This document shows positions 10,667 to 21,175 of a stretch of DNA of 64,000 nt, in pieces; position 1 is the first letter of the stretch, and every line of letters begins with the position of its first letter. Under the pieces are notes generated by a model. It did no database searches and was not told where the DNA came from. It saw nothing but the letters and a program-made list of their open reading frames with translations. The DNA is from Corallochytrium limacisporum Hawaii (Eukaryota > Protista > Pluriformea), in contig PDIP01000022.1 of the NCBI GenBank assembly GCA_002811645.1, positions 173,365 to 237,364 of the forward strand. Direction: 5' to 3'. The position numbers were made by a program, and so were the translations under genes.

Positions 10667-13497
10667 GTTAAAACACGGTCTACACTAAAAATTTGTTCCC
10701 CAATTACAAATTCATGTTCCTATGTTTCTTCTTTGACGTTCTATTCACTGTACTGAAACCCAGGGAGATCACACTTCCCGATATCGTAAATTAAAAGCCT
10801 CCGATCATATATCTCCAAGGCAGATTGATCAGCATTAAATACAACGATAAGCACACAAAAGTTTGGCAACATAGAATCCATCCTCATCAGTAGTGCTCCA
10901 TACCGCTGGTCAAAAAGAATGCACAACATTCTTCTCCAACGGTCTTCGTAGGAACTGTCGGTTTGGGAAATAAACGTCGCTCTCTTGGGCCCGGTGTACA
11001 GGGTCAACCTCAAACCGCCCAGAAGCCAAAGCCCCCTGCGCCTCTCCCCCCCCCTCTTCCACTTCCTTTCCCCGGGCCTGCAACTCCACACCCTCCCCCC
11101 CCCTTCCCTCCGCCTCGGAGTGGGGCCAACAGCGAATGCGTAAGTTTCGTACGGCAGCAGGCCGAGCGAAAAACGGAGGGGGCAACGGGGAACACACACA
11201 CTGAGACCGCCGCCGCCGAGACACACACAGATGCCGCCGCCGGAAAGGAAAAACGGACGGCGAAACCAACTTGGCCTCGCGGAACCCTCTCCCCCTTTTT
11301 TTTTCACTCACTCTTTCCTTTTTTTTTTCTTCCCCCTTTGCGGCCTATGGTCCCACTGCTGAACGTCAGAATAGCAAATGAACCACGAATTAGCACCAAA
11401 ATGGCCCCACATCGGCCACAACGGCCAGCAGAGCGGCGCTCGTAAGACGGAGAAACGGAGGAGACGCATATGGGGGGAGGAAGGGAGGAAGAAATATGAC
11501 TTGCGTTTGCTGCATACTAAAACAGTGGGAAGAACGGGTCCTGTTGTTGGAGGTCTCGTCAGTTTTCCGTTTTAGTGCGCGGGGGGTGATGAATGGGTCA
11601 TCGAAAAAGCGAAATATAGACCAAAACCATCTCACCGAAATTACACTATATCACAATAGGTCTATGAATAAGTTAAATGTGATTTCATATACTAGATATA
11701 TAAGAATTAAAATCATGGCCCTTGCATATAGAGCGTAACATTTGAGCACACCGCATTCCGCCCAAATGGAGCCAGGCCGCGACGGCCCAGAACGTTCCGG
11801 CAGGTGTGGTATTTTGCGGACGAATTGGAACTGGGATCTGTCCGCGGGCTCGAGAGAGTGAGAGGGGGCAAGGGAAGGGGGGGGGGAGAAGGGAGACCCG
11901 ACGGCGGTTTCTCTGCCTTGTCTGTCTCTGTCTCTGTTATCTTGTCGCGAGCCCCTGTAGTCCTTTTCTTTTCTTCTTCGTTTCGACTTCGAACCCCGGC
12001 GTCGGAGTTTTGCGCGGCAGCGGGGGGGGGGGCGCTCTTGCTTCTACCCACCCACCCAAGCTCCCCCCCCACACACTCTTCCTCCCCTTTCGCTCTCTCT
12101 CGTGATCGACCTCCTTTTTCCCTGCCCGAAGGCTTCCATAGCCAATGGCCCAGAAGTGGGAGTGAACAGCCTCCACCACCCACCCCCCCCCTCCGTGTCC
12201 GTCCTTCTCCCCGCCTCCACCCCCGCCCTTGGCTCTCTCCGCAGTCAGGTGCCACTTTCCTCGGCCGTGCTCCAACTGTCAGACCATCTCTCACTCCCCT
12301 CCCTTGCTGCTGAACCCCCCGTTATGGAATGTGTATGTACCAGAGAGGATCTATTTTTATTTTCCTTCTGCTGCCTCTCTTCCGAGCGAAGCCCGGAGGG
12401 AGGGCAATTAAAAGACATGCTGGAGATGAATGAAACCTTTGTTTTTCTTAATTCTTGCGAGTTGGTATTACGCAAATTTGGTACGGTTGAGAATCTTTCT
12501 TCCTTGGCCCTTTTTTCCTTCCTTCCGCTGGTCCGCTCCTCCTCGTCCTCTTCCCCCCCCTCTTTTCTCTCTCTCTCCTCCCTCCCTTGCCTTTGCCCCA
12601 TCGCTTCTGGGGTCGGGTCTCTTCCCCTTGTTCCTTTGTCACCCTCTGTTCAAGTTTACTCGTTCCATACCCGACTGCATCTCTTCCTTATCGCCCTGTT
12701 TATTTCGTGATTCCTCCCCACTCTTCCCCCCTGCGGTGCGTGTTTCTTTGGCTCCCCTTTTCTTTTGATTTTCGTGCGGGAGATCGCTGCCACTGCCATG
12801 CCCAGAAAAAGACGATCGCATCGTTGGTCGAGCCATGGACCGAGTTTGGGTGTGAGGTGGGTCCCGCTTTCGTTGCAGCAGCAGCCAGGTACAGAAAAAT
12901 TAGACATTATTAGAGGGAAAGACAAGGGTGGACTGGGGGGGGGGCGAAGAATTGTGTACCCGAGTTGGCTCGGACGGGGTGGCGCTGGTATCGGTGCGGT
13001 TGAAAACAGAGAGTGGTGAGTTTTTATTTCTGCTGTTTCATTTGTGAGAGAGACCGAAGCGGGAGAGAACAAAACCTGTCAAGTTCCCTCATTGGCTTTT
13101 TGACCAGTCCTATAGCGAACGAACTAGTAATTTCGAGGCCAAATGAAGCGTCCCAGCTGACCCGGGAAACCAGCGCGCGTACGGAAAGGAGAAAAGGGGA
13201 GGGTAAAGGTAGGAGGCGCCAATATGCTTAGGAAGTGGATGAAGTCTCGACTGTGAGTGGCCGCACACGCAGACGAGAGGAACTGAGGACGAAGGAATGC
13301 GAGGGAATAGGTACACAAATTCTGTTTAAATCCAATTTTCATAGATAATACACTATTGAGTCTGAGCTTAATTTCATAATTAATTCTTCACAGTTCTCTA
13401 TGCTATACTCCCTTTTCGTTCTACCAGGGCATGGCACCACCACTGCAGCCCCCCCTTCTCCTTTGGAACCTCCGAAGGGGAAAAGGTGGGCAGCCAT

Positions 13498-13518
13498 ACA
13501 TATATATATATATATATA
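13498..13518. repeat. (TA)n microsatellite
   Basis: Run of TA dinucleotides. Confidence 0.85.
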
Positions 13519-14838
13519 GGCCCCCGCTGTGCACATGGAAAATCAGTGTGTCATGGCAGAAGTCAGAGCAAGAAGAGGAAGGAGGACAGCGAGATAGGGA
13601 GACGATACCCGTTTTGCCCACGAAGTGTGTTGAAAGCATTGAGTTCAGTATGGACACGGGGTACGACACGGAGAGGAGCATACAAAAAACGGGGTCGTGG
13701 GCTCTCGTGTTCCCTTTGCAACGTTGGTACTGAGTAAAAGTTAATTCATTTTCACCCCAAAGGCCGAGCGGGGCCCAGCAGTAATGAGGAGTCCGACGAT
13801 GTCATGGCTGGCTGGAACAAAAACACCAGCTGCTGAACGGGCCGCACGGAGAAACGGGAGACGTAGCGCCGGTACAAGCATGGTAGGGGTGCCCCCGCTC
13901 CCCTTCCGGTTTGGGCTGATGGACGCTGAGATTCCGTGGTAAAGTGTATTCAACGGATGCGAGTTTTTTTTTCGGACCGTTTGGATTTTTTTTTCGAAGT
14001 GGTTACCAGCGGCGCCTGGCATTGCTCTCCCAAATTTACGAGTACTCCCACTCCTTCACAGCGAAAAGGTTTGCCGCTCGGCCCTTTCCCAAGGACCACA
14101 AAGCTCCGAATCCAGTACCAAATGTACCACTCGTTCTGACGCCAGCGCGGACAAGGCAATGAAATTGTTTTCGAATTAAGCGGCTGCTATTCGGACGCAT
14201 TGGGCGCAAGTGGTATGGTATAGGACACAGGGTGCACATCCGTAAATTCCTTATGCTGCAGGAGCTGAGCATGTGCATGGTGGTCGCTCACGTCGTCCTG
14301 GAACTGTTTGGAACAACATTGGGCTGATGGTGTAAACGACCATGCGATTCCCTTTCTGCTTTCCCTGACGGCCGCTTCCCGGGTGATTACAGAGTCCGTC
14401 TGTGGAGTCTCCCTGCCTTGCTCGCCTGTACACCATTCTACTGACACTTCTCCATGTATACCTAAGAACCCCTAGGCTGGGTAAGACGAAAACGGTACTG
14501 GGAGAGTTTCGGAGCCAATAGCTGTAAACCTACTTAGTTGTAATTAAAAAGCACCTGGAGGGGTTGTTCTGGCGCGCTGGTCTGCTTCCACCCGCCCGGG
14601 GGGAGGGGGCCCTTTGGCCGGACGGCTGTGCAGTGTGGTTTGTTGTGTGTCCGAGAACGGGGCCTGGAAATCCTACAAAAAAGGCATTGAGGTCTTCAGT
14701 ACAATGTGGTTAGTTTCATGTGATGATTAACTAAAAACACATCTGTAACTTTACTGTTTTCTTCAAACTTCGGAAATGTGAAAACTAGAATCCACTCACA
14801 AAACACTGCTTCGCATCCAAGAAAGAACATAGTAAACA

Positions 14839-15306
14839 ATGTCAAACAAGGACACGGCGACATTCCAGAGCCGTTTAATTCGGCGTTTGGACATTCAAGT
14901 GCGGACCATGATGGAAAGTTACGGTCAGTTAATTGCGGCGGCCAAAATCAATGCCGCTGACAGTGAGGAAGTGGACGAGGCTGGACAAAAGACCGATCTG
15001 GCCTCTGTTAGTAAAGAGGAATTTGAGCTGCAAGTGAGGACCAAGGCTCTGATCAAAGGGGCCGAGAATTTGTTGAAATTGTTGGCGGAGCTTAAGGAAC
15101 TGATCATGCTGAATGACGTTGGTACACAAATGTCAGTGGTAAAGGAACGGAAGAGCTTGTGTCTACAGGAGACTGGCAAGGTAATGAAGTCTCTGGCAGA
15201 TGTGCAGAATGAACTAGCAGAGCACTTGCACAAGCTGGAGAACGTGTACTACAGCCATCCGAAGAAGACACTAGGGGAGCAGGAGACCAGCGAGTCTGTG
15301 TCATAG
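14839..15306 (+). CDS. MED22: Mediator subunit 22 (Srb6/Surf5)
   Basis: RRLD...MMESYGQLIAAAK and ELQVRTKALIKGAENLLKLLAELKELIMLND match the Med22 pattern. Confidence 0.85.
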   Translation: MSNKDTATFQSRLIRRLDIQVRTMMESYGQLIAAAKINAADSEEVDEAGQKTDLASVSKEEFELQVRTKALIKGAENLLKLLAELKELIMLNDVGTQMSVVKERKSLCLQETGKVMKSLADVQNELAEHLHKLENVYYSHPKKTLGEQETSESVS

Positions 15307-15367
15307 AACAATCAAACGCATATCAAATAGAAACAGCCCAATTCGTGAAACGGTCCGGTAGTTTAAA

Positions 15368-16553
15368 TCATGCTACTTTGGCACCGCCATTTAAGCGACT
15401 CCAGCTGGCGGTGTTCTTCTTGAAATCCATGGTTATATCTTCATTGAGCAAGACATATTGTAGGACACCAATGCGGAAATCCATCTCCTGTGTCTCCTTG
15501 CGCAGCTTCTCCATGCTCTTTTTGATATTTACCAGTGGGCTCTGGTCCGTAACCTTCGAACCCTTGTCGTCGAGCTCGTGGCTGATTGCAGCAATTTCTG
15601 TCTTAATGGAGGCAATCTCCTCGCTGTTGGCCTCAAGATCCTTGGATTTGGAACTGCAACTTTTTTCCAGGCCGCTGACTTGCTCCTTCACCTTACGGAA
15701 CTCCGCCATCTGATGCTCAAGTTGCATGTTAATGTGCTTTTCTCTCGAGTGAACCTTCTCAAGGCTGCGATCAATCTCAGAGGTAAGTTTCGCCAGTGTT
15801 CCTTTGAGGACACTGCTCGCCTGCTCAGCCATCTGGCTTCGTGCGCGCATGGTCTGGAAATGCGATCGCCAGTCTCGCGCCTCGGCGTGAACGGTAATCT
15901 TCAATTCATTTTGCACACTAACGTATTCCTTCTCCCATTCTTCCGGGCTCATCTTTGCAATCGCAATCAACGCTGGCTGCTGGCTATGCAAGCCACTATG
16001 CCATATAGTCTGTGGCCGATATGTCTCCGCCATCAACAATGTCGAGGTTAACCTCCTCCTCCAGTTCCTCTTCCTCGATGACCTCATCCTCGTCAATGGG
16101 AAAGTTGAGGGGTATGACACCTATGCGCTTGGCAACCATAGCTTGATCGCACATCCAGTCCAGAAAGTCACAGATCTGAGGCCCGTAGCCCTCTGTTAAG
16201 ACTGCCTCGTTCAAGGCAACAGGCGCACGCAGCTCTTTGGCTTCTCTAAGGATCTTTTCGATAACGACGCCTGTGTCGTCGGTTTCTTTTTGGTTGAAGA
16301 AATTTGCGATGAGACAAGAGCTTAGAAATGTAAAGACACATGCAAAGAACATCAACCCTTCGAGGGGTCGCACAGCTGGATAGGCGAAACATTCGCGTGC
16401 CAATGGCGGTAGTTTCATTTTCCTAAAGGCAAGCTCGTAGTCTAACATCTTGAGCTTGTCGTTCACAAGGGCTGCCGTTGCCAAGGGATCTCTGGGACCT
16501 ATCCTTTGCCTAAGAGGCTTCGTCACCTTGTTCTTTAAATGCCATGTCTTCAT
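15368..16553 (-). CDS. IFT57: Intraflagellar transport protein 57, split across two reading frames (intron, frameshift or sequence error near 15980-16052)
   Basis: N-part DKLKMLDYE...FAYP...LTEGYGPQICDFLD; C-part EEWEKE...ELKITV...RDWRSH...KVHSREKHINMQLE...KVTDQSPLVNIKKSMEKLRKETQEMDFRIGVL. Confidence 0.8.
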
Positions 16554-17339
16554 ATTGGGTAGTACGAGGTTGCACCCTGTGGGTACCACGCCCTGGTGCT
16601 TGTCTTGTCCCTAGTTCAAACTTGATCCGCAAACAAGACACAATAACTTACAATCCTTGTGCGATGAGCTGCTTGATGTAGATGTCACAATGCTAAAGAT
16701 GATATCAAGGACTCCCCAGTTGCCAACCATCATTTCAATTCCGTTGGTCTGACCCACAATCCCGACTAGTCGGGTCTGTCCCTACGCGATTCAGGGGACC
16801 CAACCCCGGTTGACAGGTCGGGCGGGCACCCACTTACCCACCCTCTCCACCGGACATCGAATATATTAGATGATAACCTAATATTTGTAATTAGTATGAA
16901 TTAGCCCGGGATCTATTTTGTTGGGTTTGTGCAGCGGGCGGTTGCTGATGCAGTACTTTCACTATGAGGCAGCAGGGGGGCTGTTGCTAAATATAACTCT
17001 GGGCCGGTTGGGACTAAGTAGCGGGGCCGGGGAGGGAGGTGTGGTGTTGTGTGGGTCTCAGAAGAAACATGGGAAGGAAGCGCAGGCCCTCGGTCTCGCT
17101 ATGCTTCGCCGCGTCGGTTAAGTTGGTATTTGAACCAGCTACTTTAGAAATGATTTTAAGTAGAACGCAATCATTCCGTAACTGAGATACTCAAGCGACA
17201 TTGGCAAATCACGTCCGGACGGCTTCAGGTTTTGTGTTTTTTTTCTTTGCTGTCTCATTGCAATGTCGTGGTGAAGGCAGGCTTCATAAATCTGTGTTCC
17301 TAGACTGCGTTCCAGGCCAGAGCATATATTTGAATAGAA

Positions 17340-18749
17340 ATGGTGTCACCACCAAAACCTTGGGAGACAGGTGGCAGTGCCTCCAGTACGCCTGCTGCTC
17401 CTGCTGCCTCTGCGCCCTTGGGCGCCTCTAGTTCTGGTGGCCTTGCCGGAAATGCCCTGCAGTCGACCATGAATGGAACCACGGCCTCTGGTGCTACAGG
17501 AGGAATAACAGATAATTTTGGTTTTGGTACGGACTCGTCTTTACCTCCTCGTCCAGAACGGACTTCGACCGGAGGCTATGGTACGGGAATGGGGAGCACT
17601 CTCGGCACTGGTTATGGTGGATACGGGAGTGGCATGTACGGAAACAGCATGTATGGTGGTGGTGGTATGTACGGATCAGGAATGTATGGAGGTGGCTATG
17701 GAGGAGGTATGTACGGAAGTGGTTACGGAGGCATGGGCTACGGCGGATACGGTGGTATGTACGGCAATCGGATGATGGACCAGAATCCTTCGTACTTCGT
17801 CCAGCGCGCTGAGAGTTCCTCTCGGCCTGCGTTTCAAGCAATTGAGGACATAGTGGGAGCTGTGACTTCAGTGTCCATGATGTTGGAGAGCACCTACCAG
17901 GCCACTTATAGTTCCTTCCGTGCCGTGCTCGGAGTTGCAGATCAGTTTGGCCGGCTTCGGAGTCAGTTAGTGGGGGTATTTAGTACTCTGGCGGCCATCC
18001 GTATGATGCGCCGTGTGCTGTACAGAATTCTACTTGCCTTCGGCATCAAAATGGAGTCACTCAAGCCACCGCCAGTGGAAGAGGGAGAAGTTGCACAGCA
18101 ACGAGCCCGTGCATGGCCCATCATCATCTTTCTGGGTGTAGTGTTTGGCGTGCCTTGGTTCATTTGGAAATTGCTGGCCTACACGTACAAGGAAACTGCA
18201 GAACAATGGGAGGATCCGACAAAGGTAGTCAAGGCCAGAGCGACCCATCCTTTCCAAGGAGAGCACGCAGATGAAATGAACCTCCAAGTAGGAGAAGAGA
18301 TTGAAGTTTTGCGGCCGGATGCAGAGAATACTCTAGTCCAGCAAGGATGGGTGCGAGCCCGTAAGAAGGAAGGTGTCGAGGGTATCGTGCCTCTCAATCG
18401 CATCACTCCAATTAAGGCAGGAGATCAGGTTGATGGATCACCTGCAGGAGCACTACAACAGCCGGGGTCAGCGCCCTTGCCGGGGACTTTGGACGCCGCG
18501 AACACAAATCAGGTAGCTGCCAATTCACTGACCAATCTGCAGCACCGCCAAGCACAGCAGCACCATTCACAGTTTGACGGGGGCATGAAAGCTTTGCCGG
18601 GCACACAGGCATACCATCAAGAGATGGCAAATGCGTGGGGCAGTCTACAGCAGAGTAGTGCTTTGAACAATGGACCCTTTGGCACAGGCCCTGCTGGCCA
18701 CGGAGGACCGTACGGTGCTGGTGGCATGCATGGTGCATGGGGTTCCTAG
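17340..18749 (+). CDS. PEX13: Peroxin 13
   Basis: SPPKPWE N-terminus, YG-rich repeats, AFQAIEDIVGAV..SMMLESTY..TYSSFRAVLGVADQF, TM segment and SH3 domain. Confidence 0.95.
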   Translation: MVSPPKPWETGGSASSTPAAPAASAPLGASSSGGLAGNALQSTMNGTTASGATGGITDNFGFGTDSSLPPRPERTSTGGYGTGMGSTLGTGYGGYGSGMYGNSMYGGGGMYGSGMYGGGYGGGMYGSGYGGMGYGGYGGMYGNRMMDQNPSYFVQRAESSSRPAFQAIEDIVGAVTSVSMMLESTYQATYSSFRAVLGVADQFGRLRSQLVGVFSTLAAIRMMRRVLYRILLAFGIKMESLKPPPVEEGEVAQQRARAWPIIIFLGVVFGVPWFIWKLLAYTYKETAEQWEDPTKVVKARATHPFQGEHADEMNLQVGEEIEVLRPDAENTLVQQGWVRARKKEGVEGIVPLNRITPIKAGDQVDGSPAGALQQPGSAPLPGTLDAANTNQVAANSLTNLQHRQAQQHHSQFDGGMKALPGTQAYHQEMANAWGSLQQSSALNNGPFGTGPAGHGGPYGAGGMHGAWGS

Positions 18750-18846
18750 ATGACATCACGTCGTGAGCAATTTTCAGCAGCAAACCGTTACAATAGATGG
18801 GATTTCTTTTATTCTCTATCCTCTTTGAAGCTTTGCAAGAACCCGC

Positions 18847-19215
18847 TCACAACTTGTGTTTCTCCGGAGTGTGGAGCAGAGCATCCAACTGCGGCTTGAC
18901 CGTGCCTGCGAATCCAGCGCTGAGCAGCACGGCCAGGGACAGGGCACCCACCTTCGAGCCGTATGTGCGCGTTAGCACCTGGAAGCTCTTAATCCCCTCC
19001 TTGGGGGGGACAGCCTGGATGCCATCAATGTACATTTTCTTTTGGCCATAGATTCCAGCTCCGAACGTGCCAATGGCACCCACGACCCCAACGGCAGTAG
19101 TCTCTGGCGACCCGGCAGCGACTGCAGCAGAACGGTGAGCCTCATAGAAGGTCACTCCAACCGCAGCGGACACTGTTGTGGCAACTACGGCAGCGGGAAG
19201 CAATAGCAATATCAT
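18847..19215 (-). CDS. Small hydrophobic membrane protein of unknown function (122 aa)
   Basis: ATG at 19215; about three Ala/Gly/Val-rich hydrophobic segments; fills the convergent slot opposite PEX13. Confidence 0.6.
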   Translation of the reverse strand: MILLLLPAAVVATTVSAAVGVTFYEAHRSAAVAAGSPETTAVGVVGAIGTFGAGIYGQKKMYIDGIQAVPPKEGIKSFQVLTRTYGSKVGALSLAVLLSAGFAGTVKPQLDALLHTPEKHKL

Positions 19216-19995
19216 TCGTATCCAGTCCACTACCACTTATTCTATATTGTTCATTAAGTTAGATTTCCTCTTGTGACTCCCAGTGTGAGACTTCTGTGGC
19301 ATCCTAAGCCTCCCTAACTGTTATTCTCAGTGGTCTCATCAATTTTCCGGTGAACTCTTTGACATACCAGTTGGATTGAGAGCAAGCAATCTAAGAGAAA
19401 CGCAGAAGTCACTCCCCACACCCGTCACGGGAGACCTTATTCAACGACGGTTTGTGCTTGCCCTGTCCCTCTGCAATCTCACAAGGCTTGACCGCCGCAT
19501 CTGGTTCACCGAACTACTTCGTGCGGACGTGCAATTTGGAAGACGAGCACACTCCATGCAAGTCCGAAGGTCGCGTGAGTTCTGGGTGAGCTTCACGAAG
19601 CACCCAACGGCACTTACCCAAACCTCCCCCTCTCCCCCCCCGGTTCGCAGCGGACACATGTGCCGGCCCCTTTTTGCTTAAGTCTCACCCTACGCCCCAC
19701 CGCCCGATGCCACCAGGAAGCAAGGCGGTTGTTTGCGAGTGGACTTCTCTTTCACTTGGCGTCGAATAGCAATCTACCACGTTAAAGGCGAATAGGATGC
19801 TGTTCATGTTTGTTTATACTGGTATTTATTCGACCTAGACACGTGTACGCTAAAGTCTGATGGTCATTAAGTGAGAACGGCAAGGTAAAATTTACGAGAG
19901 GACAGCGATAGGTACAGCAAGAGGTGTAGATATGTGAATTTTCTGTCAAGGTGTACAGGAACTTAGTAAACAGATCCAAGCTCAATAAGTTTATC

Positions 19996-20511
19996 ATGGC
20001 CCCAAGCCTGATCAACATTCTTGCCCACCGGCCAAACCTTGGCATGGGACTTAAGGTTTCAAGGAGCATTTGGAGCCATTACGGTGAAGGACAGTGCTAC
20101 TATATTGTGCGTCAAGCTCGTATGAAGGAATTGGAAGATTCTTCAATGGTATTGAAGTCCGGGAAGACCTGGGGAAATCTAGTATGGTGCGGTACCTACG
20201 TGCCACTCATGCATAACATTGATTCTTGGGCAAAGAAAGACTGGTTCGTTGTGGAAGACACGAAGGCTGTAGATCCAGTAGTCTACGGAACGGAACAGAA
20301 GCTTTCGCACTATATGAAGACCGGAGAAAAGCTTCCAGAAGTTCACGAAGAATCCATGCAAGAGTGGCTGCAACGCCGTCGCGACACCCCAGTGCCGAAG
20401 AAGATGCAGCTGTCACCGCGTCAGCGCATGAAGTATATGCGTAAGTTTCCCCGTGGTGCGTCCATCAAGAAGGGTCGTATCCTCACGCAGGAAGAAAAAC
20501 AGGCGGTGTAA
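19996..20511 (+). CDS. MRPS34: Mitochondrial ribosomal protein mS34
   Basis: LINIL..RPNLGMG..VSRSIW...CYY...GKTWGNLVW.G...KDW matches the mS34 pattern. Confidence 0.8.
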   Translation: MAPSLINILAHRPNLGMGLKVSRSIWSHYGEGQCYYIVRQARMKELEDSSMVLKSGKTWGNLVWCGTYVPLMHNIDSWAKKDWFVVEDTKAVDPVVYGTEQKLSHYMKTGEKLPEVHEESMQEWLQRRRDTPVPKKMQLSPRQRMKYMRKFPRGASIKKGRILTQEEKQAV

Positions 20512-21175
20512 GCGCTTTATAGACATTTCGAGCACCCGGACGCTTATGATGTAGCGTAGCTCTATCCCGAAACATTGTAAAACATAAATCATACCATAGT
20601 ACCATTCACTGCATTGATTGTGGCACTGCTGGCTTCATCATCAGTCTTTGTGGTTCAACACCGCATAGTACGGATATATGACTAGCACCTGAGCAGCAGC
20701 AGCCACCATGGCAAAAGCAGATATGGCCCCGACTTTCTCCATGGTGTCTGTACAATACCGTGCCTCTTCGCTCCGCACCCACCTGAAGTCTGGGGTGAAG
20801 CTAGCACCGAGTTTATCCCCACCCACCCACTCCCAAGAGGCAGCTATTTCCTGCCCAACAACTCGGTGCGCACAGGACCGCAGCGTGGAGCGAAGGATTT
20901 CGTGTCGGGCAGAGGAGGAGGGTGGGTGGTGGGAGGGGGAAGGGAGTGCAAAGGGGGCATCCATTTGGTGCCATCGTAGAGATCTGGTTTGGACTTCACG
21001 GAGCGACCAACGCAGTTGTGCGTAGGAGATGGCCGTGATCAGGTATTGAAAGTGACTAGCTTCTCCTCGGAAGATACGTTCCTAACAGTATGCTAAGGTG
21101 TGTGCTGTAGATGTAAGGTGATAAAGTAGCATTGCCTTTAGAATATATTATAGAACAACCGCCGGTCATCAGATC

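Noticed and set aside
10741-14450. Many 60-200 aa ORFs in intergenic regions and antisense to genes
   Set aside because: Low-complexity translations of G/C/T tracts or shadow ORFs with no family motifs.
16761-16774. Perfect 14-bp palindrome CCCGACTAGTCGGG
   Set aside because: A few palindromes of this length are expected by chance in 64 kb; no second copy seen.
18847-18858. C-terminal HKL as a PTS1 on the gene facing PEX13
   Set aside because: Non-canonical tripeptide on a predicted membrane protein.
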